Below are positions 27,874-38,640 of a stretch of DNA of 64,000 bases, piece by piece (position 1 is the first letter of the stretch; every line of letters begins with the position of its first letter). Source of the DNA: Prevotella sp. (GTDB taxonomy: Bacteria > Bacteroidota > Bacteroidia > Bacteroidales > Dysgonomonadaceae). Under the pieces are notes generated by a model. That model saw only the letters and a program-made list of their open reading frames with translations. It did no database searches and was not told the DNA's origin. Where the stretch lies: NCBI GenBank assembly GCA_031285625.1, contig JAITVV010000007.1, forward strand, positions 128,893 through 192,892. Direction: 5' to 3'. The position numbers were made by a program, and so were the translations under genes.

Positions 27874-30800
27874 TTAATTTTCACGTCTTTCGCGTAAACG
27901 CTGCTTCCTTTTTTCTTCGGCTTGCCTCTCTTTTTCTTTGCGTTCCTGCTCCCTTGCTTTCTCTTTTTCCTTACGCTCCTGCTCTCGCTGACGAAGACGT
28001 TCTTTCTGCAAGCGCTCTTTTTCTTTCCGTTCTGCTTCTTTCTGTTTACGCTGATCCTCTCTAGCCTTCACTGCAGCTCTTGCAGCATCTTCTTTTTGTT
28101 TTTCCTCCAATCGTTTCTGCTCATCGGCTTGCTTCTTTGCTGCTTTTATCGAATCTTCCGCAGCTTTTTCTTCTCTAGCTATAGAGTCTGTTCTGGCTTT
28201 CTCTACTTTCTTTATAGAATCCTGTTGTGCTTTCAGGGCTGCTTTCTGTTCTCTTTCCAGTTGTTTACGCTGTTTCTCTTCCTCCTTCAAGGCTTCTTTT
28301 TCTTCCTTGGTCAGTTTTTCCCTGTTCTTATATTTATCAAACAGATTCTTTATACCATCTACAGGATTATTAATTACATCTTCGACATTCTCAATAACAT
28401 TATTTACATCCCCGACTTTTTCCAGCTGATCTTTAGTTAGCAGGTCATCTGCTGTAATTTGTTTATTATTATCCGCTTGTTGAACCGGCTCTTCTTTAGA
28501 CTTGTCTGTCACAATTAGTGTTTCAATTTCCGGATCAGATTTTGTTTTATCCGGGGCTTCGTCCGTTAACGTTGGTATCTCTTCTACCGGATTTTCTTCA
28601 GTAATTTCTATCGTTGGCTCGGTAGCGATGTATTCTACCCCATTCCAGGAAGCGATCAACTGAGGCAATTGTTGCGCAAAGTGCTCACTAAAGTAAGACA
28701 TATATTTATCCAATCCCAGACGTGGCAATACATTTATATAGTTATCAGTAGAAATAGGCAATACCAAAATAGATGTATCAAGTTTGTGTATAAGCCCCCC
28801 TTCATTAAATGCCTTAGTAAGATAAGACCTGATAGCAGCAAACGAACTAAAACCTTTCATTTGCATAACATCGTATGGAGGATCGTTATCAAAACTTAAA
28901 TCGAATGTCTGGATTACATAATTTGAGAAGTTATAATCGGCAACCTCATATAATAGTTCATTTCTGTCAATCGTATTAGGCTTGAACATTAATAATAACA
29001 TATAAGGAATATCCAGAGTATCGGAATACTGTAAGACTTTGCCCTTTCCTTCGGCAAGAACATCATCTTTATCATATGCCTTACTCCAATCAAAATCCGT
29101 AATAGGTGTTCCATCCGAAAGTAGAATCTTACCTTCTTTAACCCTTGCTAATATCTCGGATGCCAAAGGAGTCACATCTGCTTTCGGATATTTCTCAACC
29201 AACTCTGTTAAGCTGGTTTCCAGACCATAAGCATCACGTACCTGAGCATATGTGAGAGCATTCAACAATGTAAAGTTCGACATAAGATCTGTAAACGGAT
29301 ACTTCGTATTCATTGATTGATAATTGCGCCTCACAACATCTACATCACCTCTACGATATGCATTATACGCCTCATTATACAATGAATCCTGCAAGCTGGC
29401 CATATGCCTGAAATTCCATTCATAATCAGGCTGTGAAACAGGCTCTGCATATTTTCCGGAAGGGAATTCTGCTAATAGCTTAGAACGGTAGAAGGACATC
29501 ATATTACTATCACCCGTACGCATATATATCAGCAATAACTGATAGTATATTTCTTCAAGATTAGGTGTATAAGGGAAACGCCTAATATCAGTATTAAAGG
29601 CATCGATAGCCAGTTCCATATCGCCCAGTTTATCCTTATAAATCAAGCCCATACTAAACAGAGCATCTTCGATCAATACATTAGATGATTCTATAGCTTC
29701 CGGAGTAAATGGTAACTGCTGTAAATAATACTCAACAGAATATCTATCATCAACCACACTCTTTGGCTTATCTGTTCCTGCCTCAAGATTTCCTTTTACA
29801 TCAGAATCTATAGAATCTGCTTCATTAGCTATATCAAGATCCGAAAATCCGGTAGATACCTTATTCCTCCTACGCCAGTTATCCTCAAGTTTACGTGTAC
29901 CCCATTGTTGCTGAAAAGCTATTTTCCCTTGATTTACAGCCTGCTCATTATAGAAATAGAAAGTACTTCCCTGCTGAGCATTTATCACCGGATTAGTCGC
30001 TGTAGGTGTTGGCGAATTAAATAAACTTTCTTCAACATCATTCCACGAAGATATGCGTTGCTCTCTTTCCTCTATCCGTCTTTGATTTTCTTGCTCTTTG
30101 AGCAGATTCTCTTCTTCTTTTTTTAACGCGGCAATCTTATCATTGATTATTTGCAAACGTTCCGCTTCGGGCAATTGAGCTATATACTGCAAGCTATCCT
30201 GTTCTTCTACAACTTTTACATGAACAACAAGCTCATCCAATACACTCGAACGAAGTGCTACCCGGGGATAGTCTACATGATTTTTTTTCAATAAAGGTAA
30301 TGCCTCCGAATAGCATGGTTGAGCCAAAACAAATTCACGTTGAGTAAAATACACATCGCCAAGTCTCACCTGAGCCATGGCTTTATCATACCCATTACGT
30401 GTACTTTCTTTTATGGCTTTCCTGTAATTGTCAATGGCTTTGACGGTATCCATCTTCTCAAGATAGACATTTCCAAGAGTCGAATATACCTGATCTAAAT
30501 ATTCCTTATTCCTTTCTTTTTTTGCCATACCTGATAAGATAGACAGGGCTTTTTCTTTCCCGGGAGAATCATCTAAAAGAATCTGTTGCAGTTGAGCATT
30601 AAATGTATATTTATACGGTGTGCTCATCCCTTTTACCGAGGCAAAGGCTTTATCGGCTTTTGTTTTATCTCCCATATTGGCATAAATTTGTCCTAAGAGA
30701 TATTTCATCCGAATTTTCTGTAGTTTATTTTTTTCTTTCTTTATTGCTAATTCCAATAATGGAATTGCAGTTTGGTATTCATTACTATAAACCAAATAGT

Positions 30801-31461
30801 TAGCCTTAATCAGCGAATAAAGTCCCTGGAATTTTTCAGGTGGGCCTCCCGCAATCTCCATTTTGTGTAATACATTACCAGCTTCGTACAACCATCCCAT
30901 TTCAGTGTATGCTCTGGCTATCCAAAGTTGACACTCAGCTACAATTTCAGGATTGGTACTATATATCTTTGTTATATATAAAAAGGTGGTTATTGCCTGT
31001 AAGTAATCCCCATCCTGAAATTCGGCCTTGGCGAGTAACAGCCATACCTGATCCATAAAAGGAGTGTACTCCTTTTGTTTAAGCCAGGCCTGATATTCAG
31101 CATCGTTCCTCCTGTCCGGGTCACGCTTAGGCTTTGCCTTTATGGAGTGTAATTTAATAGCCTTGGTAGTCTTATCTATTGTTGTAGTAAAATTTCCAGA
31201 TCCTCCTTCTATAGAATCTGAAACCTGTGGAAAAATATACAGCATCTGGGAAAGGTTATCTTCCCGTGCATGTTCTTTTGCTTCAAGTGCTTCTTTATAA
31301 GCGATATCTGCATTATAATGTATATTGTAACGCGTATTTACAGAATGGTAAAAACGTGTCAAAGCGGTGTTCTTCTTATTAGAACAAGCCGACATAAAGA
31401 GAAGTAAAAATAATACACTAAGCCCAATGCATAGTGTACGTACTAGATTATTTTGTGACAC
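27874..31461 (-). CDS. TPR lipoprotein, PorW/SprE-like (type IX secretion)
   Basis: SACSNKKNTALTRFYHSVNTRYN, KAIKLHSI, TPR repeats, FYFYN...F.QQWG.RKLEDNWRR; long charged C-terminal tail. Confidence 0.75.
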   Translation of the reverse strand: MSQNNLVRTLCIGLSVLFLLLFMSACSNKKNTALTRFYHSVNTRYNIHYNADIAYKEALEAKEHAREDNLSQMLYIFPQVSDSIEGGSGNFTTTIDKTTKAIKLHSIKAKPKRDPDRRNDAEYQAWLKQKEYTPFMDQVWLLLAKAEFQDGDYLQAITTFLYITKIYSTNPEIVAECQLWIARAYTEMGWLYEAGNVLHKMEIAGGPPEKFQGLYSLIKANYLVYSNEYQTAIPLLELAIKKEKNKLQKIRMKYLLGQIYANMGDKTKADKAFASVKGMSTPYKYTFNAQLQQILLDDSPGKEKALSILSGMAKKERNKEYLDQVYSTLGNVYLEKMDTVKAIDNYRKAIKESTRNGYDKAMAQVRLGDVYFTQREFVLAQPCYSEALPLLKKNHVDYPRVALRSSVLDELVVHVKVVEEQDSLQYIAQLPEAERLQIINDKIAALKKEEENLLKEQENQRRIEEREQRISSWNDVEESLFNSPTPTATNPVINAQQGSTFYFYNEQAVNQGKIAFQQQWGTRKLEDNWRRRNKVSTGFSDLDIANEADSIDSDVKGNLEAGTDKPKSVVDDRYSVEYYLQQLPFTPEAIESSNVLIEDALFSMGLIYKDKLGDMELAIDAFNTDIRRFPYTPNLEEIYYQLLLIYMRTGDSNMMSFYRSKLLAEFPSGKYAEPVSQPDYEWNFRHMASLQDSLYNEAYNAYRRGDVDVVRRNYQSMNTKYPFTDLMSNFTLLNALTYAQVRDAYGLETSLTELVEKYPKADVTPLASEILARVKEGKILLSDGTPITDFDWSKAYDKDDVLAEGKGKVLQYSDTLDIPYMLLLMFKPNTIDRNELLYEVADYNFSNYVIQTFDLSFDNDPPYDVMQMKGFSSFAAIRSYLTKAFNEGGLIHKLDTSILVLPISTDNYINVLPRLGLDKYMSYFSEHFAQQLPQLIASWNGVEYIATEPTIEITEENPVEEIPTLTDEAPDKTKSDPEIETLIVTDKSKEEPVQQADNNKQITADDLLTKDQLEKVGDVNNVIENVEDVINNPVDGIKNLFDKYKNREKLTKEEKEALKEEEKQRKQLEREQKAALKAQQDSIKKVEKARTDSIAREEKAAEDSIKAAKKQADEQKRLEEKQKEDAARAAVKAREDQRKQKEAERKEKERLQKERLRQREQERKEKEKAREQERKEKERQAEEKRKQRLRERREN

Positions 31462-32005
31462 GTATAAACTGGCAACTAATTTTCATTATATAAAACACAA
31501 AAATAAGCATTTTATTGCTTTGTATCCTATTATGACAAAAAAGACAAAATATATTTAGCAGATATCTCAGATTTATAGCGTCGAAAAATGCATAAATTTC
31601 CATAATTTAAAATCATACAGCAAATATGTTTCGATTTACGAAACTAAAAATAGCATTTTAAGTTAATTTTTCAGATTGAGAAAAACATTAAAATTATCTT
31701 ACTAAATGAGAAATACATTACATGAAAAAAACTCAAAATAATGCCTACAAATAATATATTCCTGTGCTACTTTTACAAATGTAAAGAGTAACTATAATTA
31801 GTTTAAATGATAAGGTTGGGATAAACCCAAAAGATAAGCTTTAATCAAAGCAGTATTACTAGTCAGTAATTAATAGTTTTAAAAAAAACCGCAAGTTTTG
31901 TGTAGTTTGTGAAGTGTAGAACCATGTGAGCTGTGAAGTTCGCATGGTTTCGTTTTTTATAAAGAAACGGAGTGCAAAAGTAAGAAATATTTTAATATTC
32001 AATAA

Positions 32006-32446
32006 TCAAATTATCTTTTTAACTATACTTATTACCTCAGGGATAGCAGCTTCAACCTCAGCAGACAACTCCATTCCTACCTCATTAATATCTACTACAG
32101 ATATAACTATAAGATGTGTCTCCGGCATTTTCCCTGTCAACTGCATTGCTTCAATCATATCCTTCAATCCTATTTCGTGAGCGCTCATCAATGGAGGAAA
32201 ATCAGATGAATAACGGGGCTTTATTACTCGTACCGTTCCGGGGGGATTACTATCCAGTGTAGCATCTATCATTATAATGCGATCATATTCTTCCAACCAG
32301 CTGATAAGATGAAACCCTCCGGTTCCACCATCCATGAGGTGAATACCGGAAGGTAATTCTTCTTTTTCGAGTGCCTGTATTACATGAATACCAACACCTT
32401 CGTCTTTTAATAGTAAATTCCCTACTCCTAAGATAAGTGTCTTCAT
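32006..32446 (-). CDS. hyaD: Hydrogenase maturation protease (HyaD/HybD family)
   Basis: LGVGNLLLKDEGVG, MDGGTGG, IDA, SAHEIG. Confidence 0.93.
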   Translation of the reverse strand: MKTLILGVGNLLLKDEGVGIHVIQALEKEELPSGIHLMDGGTGGFHLISWLEEYDRIIMIDATLDSNPPGTVRVIKPRYSSDFPPLMSAHEIGLKDMIEAMQLTGKMPETHLIVISVVDINEVGMELSAEVEAAIPEVISIVKKII

Positions 32447-33210
32447 TCTTCAACAACTGCTTTAGGAGTTGATACTTTCTTTTTTATCTTTTTCTTATCC
32501 ATTTCTTCCTTTTCAATTTTTTCTTCTGCCTTGGCAACCTCTTCCTCCACAAATTTCCAGCCACCGATCATCGAAGATGTAACTCCACGCCGTTCGATAT
32601 AATCGTGATAGCAAACCAGATAGATATGTCCTATTGCAAAAAGAATAAAGAACCACATTGCATAATGATGAATATGGCGTACTACCAGATCACCACCCAT
32701 CAAAGGTACCATCCATGCAAATAATTTAGGTAGGGCAGATGTACTCATTTGGGCATAAAGACCAAAACCCGTTATGCATTGTAACAAGAAAGCCAAAAAC
32801 ATAATAAAGTATGTACAACTGGCAACCTGATTATGCCCGATACTGTCTACAGGCTTATTCTTAATCATAAAAACATCCACTTTGATCACTTCAAACAGTT
32901 CCTTCCATTGTGATTTTTTTAATGGAATAAAATTATTCCAACGGGCATATTTATTGCCTACAAATCCCCAATAGATACGAAATACAAAATTGAAGAAGAA
33001 TACAAAAGCTGTTATAAAATGGACAAAGCGCACTATTCCAAACCAATATCTGAAAGTAGCCTCTGTTTCACTCATAATAGCAGGTGGGTCGGCAATAAGG
33101 AAGCCTGTTACACAAAGGATGACAATACACAAAGCATTTATCCAGTGATAAAAGCGTACAGGCAGTTCCCAAACATAGACTTCCCGTAATTTCTCTCTAC
33201 GACTTCTCAT
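32443..33210 (-). CDS. cybH: Ni/Fe-hydrogenase b-type cytochrome subunit
   Basis: YVWELPVRFYHW, RFVHF, GHN, RHIHH, HIY...SSMIGGWK; four TM helices. Confidence 0.93.
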   Translation of the reverse strand: MRSRREKLREVYVWELPVRFYHWINALCIVILCVTGFLIADPPAIMSETEATFRYWFGIVRFVHFITAFVFFFNFVFRIYWGFVGNKYARWNNFIPLKKSQWKELFEVIKVDVFMIKNKPVDSIGHNQVASCTYFIMFLAFLLQCITGFGLYAQMSTSALPKLFAWMVPLMGGDLVVRHIHHYAMWFFILFAIGHIYLVCYHDYIERRGVTSSMIGGWKFVEEEVAKAEEKIEKEEMDKKKIKKKVSTPKAVVEE

Positions 33211-33221
33211 AACAATCCTGT

Positions 33222-34940
33222 TTAAAAAGTATCCATTTGATGTACATATTTACCATCCTCATCGTACAGATGAACTGCACAGGCAAGACATGGATCGAAA
33301 GAGTGTATTGTGCGTAATATCTCCAATGGTAATTTAGGATCATGCACCGGTGTACCTATCAGAGCCGACTCATAGGCCGATAGCTGTCCTTTTTCGTCAC
33401 GTGGAGAAGCATTCCACGTAGAAGGCACTACCATCTGATAATTTTTCACACGACTATTTTCTATAACAACAAAGTGCGCTAAAGCACCGCGTGGAGCTTC
33501 CGTTAGTCCGACCCCTTTAGCTTCTTTAGCCCAGGATTCATCTTTCCACTTTTCATTATTAAACATGCGTGTATCTCCGCCCTGAAGATTTGCAATTAAC
33601 TGGTCGTAACATTCAAGTGCCCAGTCTGCGTTGAGCTTAGACTCCAATGCCCGGGCAGCTGTTCTACCTAAAGTTGAAAACAATGCTTCGGCCGGAACGT
33701 TAAGAGCTTTCAGTGTATCATCAATCAACGATTTCTGAGGTTCTTTACCGGCAGCATAAGCAACAACCATTCTGGCTAAAGGTCCTACCTCCATTGGTTT
33801 TTCTTTCCAGCGCGGTGTCTTTATCCAGCTATACTTGTCATTTACATCCAGATGCTTATAAGGAGGACGAGGTCCGGTGTAATTCAACTCGGTTTCTCCC
33901 TCGTATGGATGAAGACCGGCACTATCTCCCTTACTATATTTATACCATGAATGATAAATGTATTCCTGTATTTCCTCGGGTGAATTTGCATCTACCGGAT
34001 GTACTTTGGTTAAATCTCTATCGAGAACAATTCCACGCGGCATTTTGTAGCTTTCCGGATCTGCACCATCCATAGGGAAGTCCCCATAGGCAAGGTAATT
34101 GGATATTCCGCCGCCAATCTTACCCCAATCATCCTTATACACACTACCAATAAGCAGAATATCCGGTATATATACCTGATCGATAAATGTTTTGGCATCC
34201 AAGAGTTTTTCTTTTACAAAAGCCAAACGTTCTGCATTTATTGCATTTGCTTCATTCAGATTGATGCTGGCTGGCATACCACCAACCAGATAATTTGGAT
34301 GAGGATTTTTTCCTCCAAATACAGCATGAACTTTCACTATTTCTTTTTGCCACTCCAATGCCTCCAGGTAGTGGGCTACAGCAATAAGGTTTTGTTCCGG
34401 TGTTAGTTTATATGCCGGATGTCCCCAATATCCGTTTGCAAAAATTCCGAGTTGTCCGCTTTCCACAAATTTCTTAACTCTGTCCTGTATTCCTTTAAAA
34501 TATCCTGTCGAGCTTTTAGGCCATGCAGACAATTGCTGTGCGGCTGCCGATGCAGCAGCAGGATCAGCTTTTAATGCAGATACAACATCCACCCAGTCGA
34601 GAGCATGTAAATGATAGAAATGGACCACATGGTCGTGCATATAAAGTACATTAGCCATGATGTTACGAACCATTTCCGCATTCGGTGGAATAACCATATC
34701 CAATGCATCCTCCACGGCACGTACAGAACATAGTGAATGTGTAGAAGTACAAACCCCACATACACGTCCTACAAAAGCCCATACATCGCGGGGATCACGA
34801 TCTTTTACAATGGTCTCGATCCCACGAACCATCGTACCGGAACTATAAGCATCTTTTATAACTCCGTTTTCTATTTCTGCTTCTATTCTTAAGTGACCTT
34901 CAATACGGGTAATCGGGTCAACAACTATTCTTTCAGCCAT
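33222..34940 (-). CDS. hyaB: [NiFe]-hydrogenase large subunit (group 1, 1d-like)
   Basis: VDPITRIEGH, L1 RVCGVCTSTH, HFYHLHALDWVD, GGKNPHPN, EAPRGAL, L2 SFDPCLACAVH plus cleavable C-terminal extension. Confidence 0.97.
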   Translation of the reverse strand: MAERIVVDPITRIEGHLRIEAEIENGVIKDAYSSGTMVRGIETIVKDRDPRDVWAFVGRVCGVCTSTHSLCSVRAVEDALDMVIPPNAEMVRNIMANVLYMHDHVVHFYHLHALDWVDVVSALKADPAAASAAAQQLSAWPKSSTGYFKGIQDRVKKFVESGQLGIFANGYWGHPAYKLTPEQNLIAVAHYLEALEWQKEIVKVHAVFGGKNPHPNYLVGGMPASINLNEANAINAERLAFVKEKLLDAKTFIDQVYIPDILLIGSVYKDDWGKIGGGISNYLAYGDFPMDGADPESYKMPRGIVLDRDLTKVHPVDANSPEEIQEYIYHSWYKYSKGDSAGLHPYEGETELNYTGPRPPYKHLDVNDKYSWIKTPRWKEKPMEVGPLARMVVAYAAGKEPQKSLIDDTLKALNVPAEALFSTLGRTAARALESKLNADWALECYDQLIANLQGGDTRMFNNEKWKDESWAKEAKGVGLTEAPRGALAHFVVIENSRVKNYQMVVPSTWNASPRDEKGQLSAYESALIGTPVHDPKLPLEILRTIHSFDPCLACAVHLYDEDGKYVHQMDTF

Positions 34941-34946
34941 AGTCTT

Positions 34947-36062
34947 TTAAAGTTTATTAGTTTCCTTATCTTCCGGTTCTTCGTGTGAAACCTCGTTTTC
35001 TATTAATTTTTTCTTACGTATATTCGTTGCTATAGCATGTGCGGTAACTCCTGCTACAGTAGCAACCCCCAGAGCCAAGCCAATTTCATCTGCAGTGGCT
35101 TCTATACCAAAACCATGCGTTGTAGGATTACGCTCATAGAACGGACTCTTATCCCAGAATCCCTCCTCGCTACAACCCAGACACGGATGCCCGCTCTGTA
35201 TAGGATAACTAACACCTTCGTTCCACTTTATGATACCACATGCATTGTATGTGTTAGGTCCCTTACAACCAACCTTATAGAGACAATATCCTCTCTTTGC
35301 ATTTTCATCGTCGAAACTTTCTACAAACAATCCAGCATCAAAATTGGCACGGCGATAGCAAGTATCATGTACACGGCGCGAATAGAATGCTTTAGGACGC
35401 CCTAAGCTATCCAACTGAGGAATAGAACCGAATGTAAGCAAATGTACTACAATACCAGCCATTACTTCTGCTATTGGAGGACAGCCCTGTACATTCATTA
35501 CGGTTTTACCCTTTATGATCCGGTGAGCAGGTCTTGCTCCCGTAGGATTAGGATTGGCAGCCTGTACACATCCTGCTGATGCACAGTTACCCCATGCAAC
35601 CACCGCTTTAGCTCCGGCAGCGGCTTCTTCTACAATCTGTTTGGCACTACGTCCGCCAACACAGCAATAAGCTTCGTCTTTAGTAGGAATAGAACCTTCA
35701 ATCATCAAAATGTATTCGCCTTTGTATTTTTCCATTGTATCATGCATACATTTTTCAGCCTGATCACCGGATGCAGCCATCAATGTTTCTGTATAATCCA
35801 ACGAAATCTGGTCGAAAAGCAGATCTGCCAAGATAGGGTGCGCTGTGCGAATAAACGATTCGCTACAGCAGGTACATTCCTGAAGATGGAGCCAGATAAT
35901 AGGCAAACGGGATTTCTTATCCAATGCCTCAACTACCTGAGCCACGCCGGTGGATTCCAATCCCAGCAAAGCTCCCATCATCGTGCAAAACTTAAGGAAG
36001 TCGCGACGGGAAACTCCTTTTGCTTTGCTTTCTTCATAAACGGATAGTCTTTTGTTTTCCAT
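34947..36062 (-). CDS. hyaA: [NiFe]-hydrogenase small subunit, Tat-exported and membrane anchored
   Basis: Tat motif SRRDFLK; ECTCCSES; WGNCASAGCVQAA; HDTCYRR; CLYKVGCKGP; YPIQSGHPCLGC; C-terminal TM helix. Confidence 0.97.
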   Translation of the reverse strand: MENKRLSVYEESKAKGVSRRDFLKFCTMMGALLGLESTGVAQVVEALDKKSRLPIIWLHLQECTCCSESFIRTAHPILADLLFDQISLDYTETLMAASGDQAEKCMHDTMEKYKGEYILMIEGSIPTKDEAYCCVGGRSAKQIVEEAAAGAKAVVAWGNCASAGCVQAANPNPTGARPAHRIIKGKTVMNVQGCPPIAEVMAGIVVHLLTFGSIPQLDSLGRPKAFYSRRVHDTCYRRANFDAGLFVESFDDENAKRGYCLYKVGCKGPNTYNACGIIKWNEGVSYPIQSGHPCLGCSEEGFWDKSPFYERNPTTHGFGIEATADEIGLALGVATVAGVTAHAIATNIRKKKLIENEVSHEEPEDKETNKL

Positions 36063-36210
36063 ATTTACAAAGTCTTTAAATTAGTTGATCAACTCTATTA
36101 TTGTGTATTTTATATTGTTTTTATTCTAAAATGTCTGTCTCAGATTAGTTATATCTAAAAGGTAACAAGTATATAAAACAGCAACACTCTTATTTTTAAT
36201 ACTTTACAGC

Positions 36211-36379
36211 TAAAAGGTGACAAAAGTGACACTTTTTAGCTTGTTTTCTTACTGTAACCTTTCTACGTGGCAACACGCTTGTTATCTGTTTACCATCTCT
36301 GTCATCCTGAAGAACAAAGGATCTCTTTCCTTTTTTCCTCGATAAATGGGTTGGGATGCTTCTTATCGTCAGCATGATA
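36211..36379 (-). repeat. Composite intergenic repeat, copy 2 (B 36300-36379, A 36211-36262)
   Basis: Reverse complement reads TATCATGCTGACGATAAGAAGCATCCCAACCCATTTATCGAGGAAAAAAGGAAAGAGATCCTTTGTTCTTCAGGATGACA, then AAAAAGTGTCACTTTTGTCACCTTTT. Confidence 0.85.
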
Positions 36380-36437
36380 ATGACACCGAATCACAATGAA
36401 TAAGTCTCTCAATATTAGACAATTTAACATCCAAATA

Positions 36438-37475
36438 TCAACAGATACGGGGCAACTGATCACCATTCAACATATTAATAACCCTGTAACCTCCATATAT
36501 ATTTTTCATCCTTACCACAGCTTTTCCGGATGATGTCACCTTCCCTATTACAGTAGCATGCTGCCCTTCTGGAAAAGCATGCATGATTTTCAATGCCTGT
36601 TCTGCATATATCTCAGGTAAAACAGTAAGAACAACCCCTTCATTTGCTATATATAAGGGATCTAGCCCCAATATTTCTGATGCAGCACGGACAGCCTCAG
36701 GAATGGGTAACAAAGACTCATCCAGTTCGATCTCAACTCCGGCAGCCTCGGCAATTTCATTTAGTGTGCTACTTAAACCACCTCTGGTAGGATCACGAAA
36801 AACATGTATATCTTTTATATTATCATTTAAGGCGGCAATCATGTTATTTAAAGCAACTGTATCACTCTTCATAGATGTTTCAAAGCCAAGGCTTTCACGT
36901 GTAGATAGAATCGTAATACCATGTACTCCGATAGGAGCGCTACAAATAATTACATCACCCGGAGCTGCATTTTTGGGAGATATATTTACCCCCTCCGGCA
37001 CAATTCCAATTCCGGTTGTATTAATAAAAATCTTATCACACTTGCCACGCTCTACGACTTTAGTATCTCCGGCAACGATGTATACCCCGGCTTTCTCTGC
37101 AGCTTCTTTCATCGAGTTCACGATCAGTTGAAGATCTTTCAGGGGAAACCCCTCTTCAAGAATAAATCCGGCGGTAAGGTAAAGAGGCTTTGCACCACAA
37201 CAGGCAATATCATTTACGGTTCCATTCACTGCCAAATCGCCAATATTGCCTCCCGGAAAAAAAACAGGATCTACAACAAACGAATCGGTAGACATGGCTA
37301 AACGCCCTTCTGTTACAGAAAATATACTTCCGTCATGATCCTGATCTAATAAAGGATTGCGAAAAGCGGGATAAAATATATTACTTATAAGACGATGGGT
37401 TAGACGTCCTCCACTTCCATGTCCTAATAGTACATGGTCAGAATCGTTGATAGGAAGAGGACAGTTTAGTTCCAT
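36438..37475 (-). CDS. hypE: Hydrogenase maturation carbamoyl dehydratase HypE
   Basis: HGSGG, STDSFVV.P.FFPGG.IG.LAVNGTVND, GDTKVV, RDPTRGG, C-terminal PRIC. Confidence 0.97.
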   Translation of the reverse strand: MELNCPLPINDSDHVLLGHGSGGRLTHRLISNIFYPAFRNPLLDQDHDGSIFSVTEGRLAMSTDSFVVDPVFFPGGNIGDLAVNGTVNDIACCGAKPLYLTAGFILEEGFPLKDLQLIVNSMKEAAEKAGVYIVAGDTKVVERGKCDKIFINTTGIGIVPEGVNISPKNAAPGDVIICSAPIGVHGITILSTRESLGFETSMKSDTVALNNMIAALNDNIKDIHVFRDPTRGGLSSTLNEIAEAAGVEIELDESLLPIPEAVRAASEILGLDPLYIANEGVVLTVLPEIYAEQALKIMHAFPEGQHATVIGKVTSSGKAVVRMKNIYGGYRVINMLNGDQLPRIC

Positions 37476-37539
37476 AGCCTCGTTATTATGTTTTTACAGG
37501 TATTTATATAAATCAGATATCAATTATTTGATACCAGTA

Positions 37540-38640
37540 CTATCTATAGTTATAGTAAGCTGCACATACGCCTTCCGTGGAAACCATTGGCGCACCGATA
37601 GGGGTTTCAGGCCTGCAAGACGTACCAAAGAAGGGACAATCCGAAGCCTGTTTGTTTCCTTTCATTATATCACCGGCGATACATTGTAAAGATAATTCAT
37701 TTAAGTTATTAATCGATACCTTACCACCATCTTTTGCAGGAAACTTCTTCGCTGCATCATACATTTCATATATCTCATTCAGATGTAATCCGCTTCCCGG
37801 AATATATCCAATGCCGCGCCATTCCTGATCAACAGGCTCCAGCATTTCATCCATTAAATGCCGGACAGCAGGATTTCCATCTTCTAGCACTATTCTTTTA
37901 TATGCATTTTCAACTTCCGACTTTCCGCTTTCCAATTGTAGAATACACCGGTATATACCATATAGCAGATCGATAGGCTCAAAGCCAGTCACCACCATAG
38001 GCCTGCGATAACGTTTCGCCAAATCATAGTATTCACTATTGCCCATCACAGCACAGACATGACCAGCTGTAAGGAATCCATCAACTTTACTTCCCTGATC
38101 GGAAAGGATGATATCTATTGCCGGAGGTACTGTAAAGAGAGAAGTAATAAGAGAGAAATTTTTAAGCCCCTTTCGCTTAGCCTCCTTTATAGCTGTCAGG
38201 TGAACAGGTATGGTTGTTTCAAAACCAACAGCAAAGAAAACTATTTCTTTATCAGGGCTCTTTTCTGCAAGTTCTACAGCATCCAATGACGAATATAGCA
38301 TACGAACATCGGCTCCCTGAGATTTTATTGTCAACAAGTCCTCACTTGTCCCGGGTACACGCATCATATCACCAAAGGAGGTAAAAATAACTTCCGGACG
38401 TTTTGCAATTTCCAAGGCATGATCTATCACTGCAACCGGGGTCACACATACAGGACAACCCGGTCCATGAAGCAATGTTATTTCAGGGGGAAGCATATCT
38501 TCGATGCGATAACGTGAGATAGCATGGGTTTGCCCTCCACATATTTCCATTATATGCCATGGGCGTGTCACTGCTTTTTGTATTGCAGCCACAAGAACCT
38601 TTACTTGTTCCCTATCCCGGTATTCGTCAATATACTTCAT
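37540..38640 (-). CDS. hypD: Hydrogenase maturation protein HypD
   Basis: MEICGGQTH, GPGCPVCV, GFETT, GHV, C.FFG..C.P..P.GAPMVSTEGVCAAYY. Confidence 0.97.
   Translation of the reverse strand: MKYIDEYRDREQVKVLVAAIQKAVTRPWHIMEICGGQTHAISRYRIEDMLPPEITLLHGPGCPVCVTPVAVIDHALEIAKRPEVIFTSFGDMMRVPGTSEDLLTIKSQGADVRMLYSSLDAVELAEKSPDKEIVFFAVGFETTIPVHLTAIKEAKRKGLKNFSLITSLFTVPPAIDIILSDQGSKVDGFLTAGHVCAVMGNSEYYDLAKRYRRPMVVTGFEPIDLLYGIYRCILQLESGKSEVENAYKRIVLEDGNPAVRHLMDEMLEPVDQEWRGIGYIPGSGLHLNEIYEMYDAAKKFPAKDGGKVSINNLNELSLQCIAGDIMKGNKQASDCPFFGTSCRPETPIGAPMVSTEGVCAAYYNYR

Noticed and set aside
27874-28330. Purine/pyrimidine-skewed repetitive DNA
   Set aside because: Explained by the K/E/R-rich coiled-coil tail of the PorW/SprE-like protein.
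33222-33310. Selenocysteine ([NiFeSe]) hydrogenase
   Set aside because: L2 motif is DPCLAC with ordinary Cys codons and no in-frame TGA.
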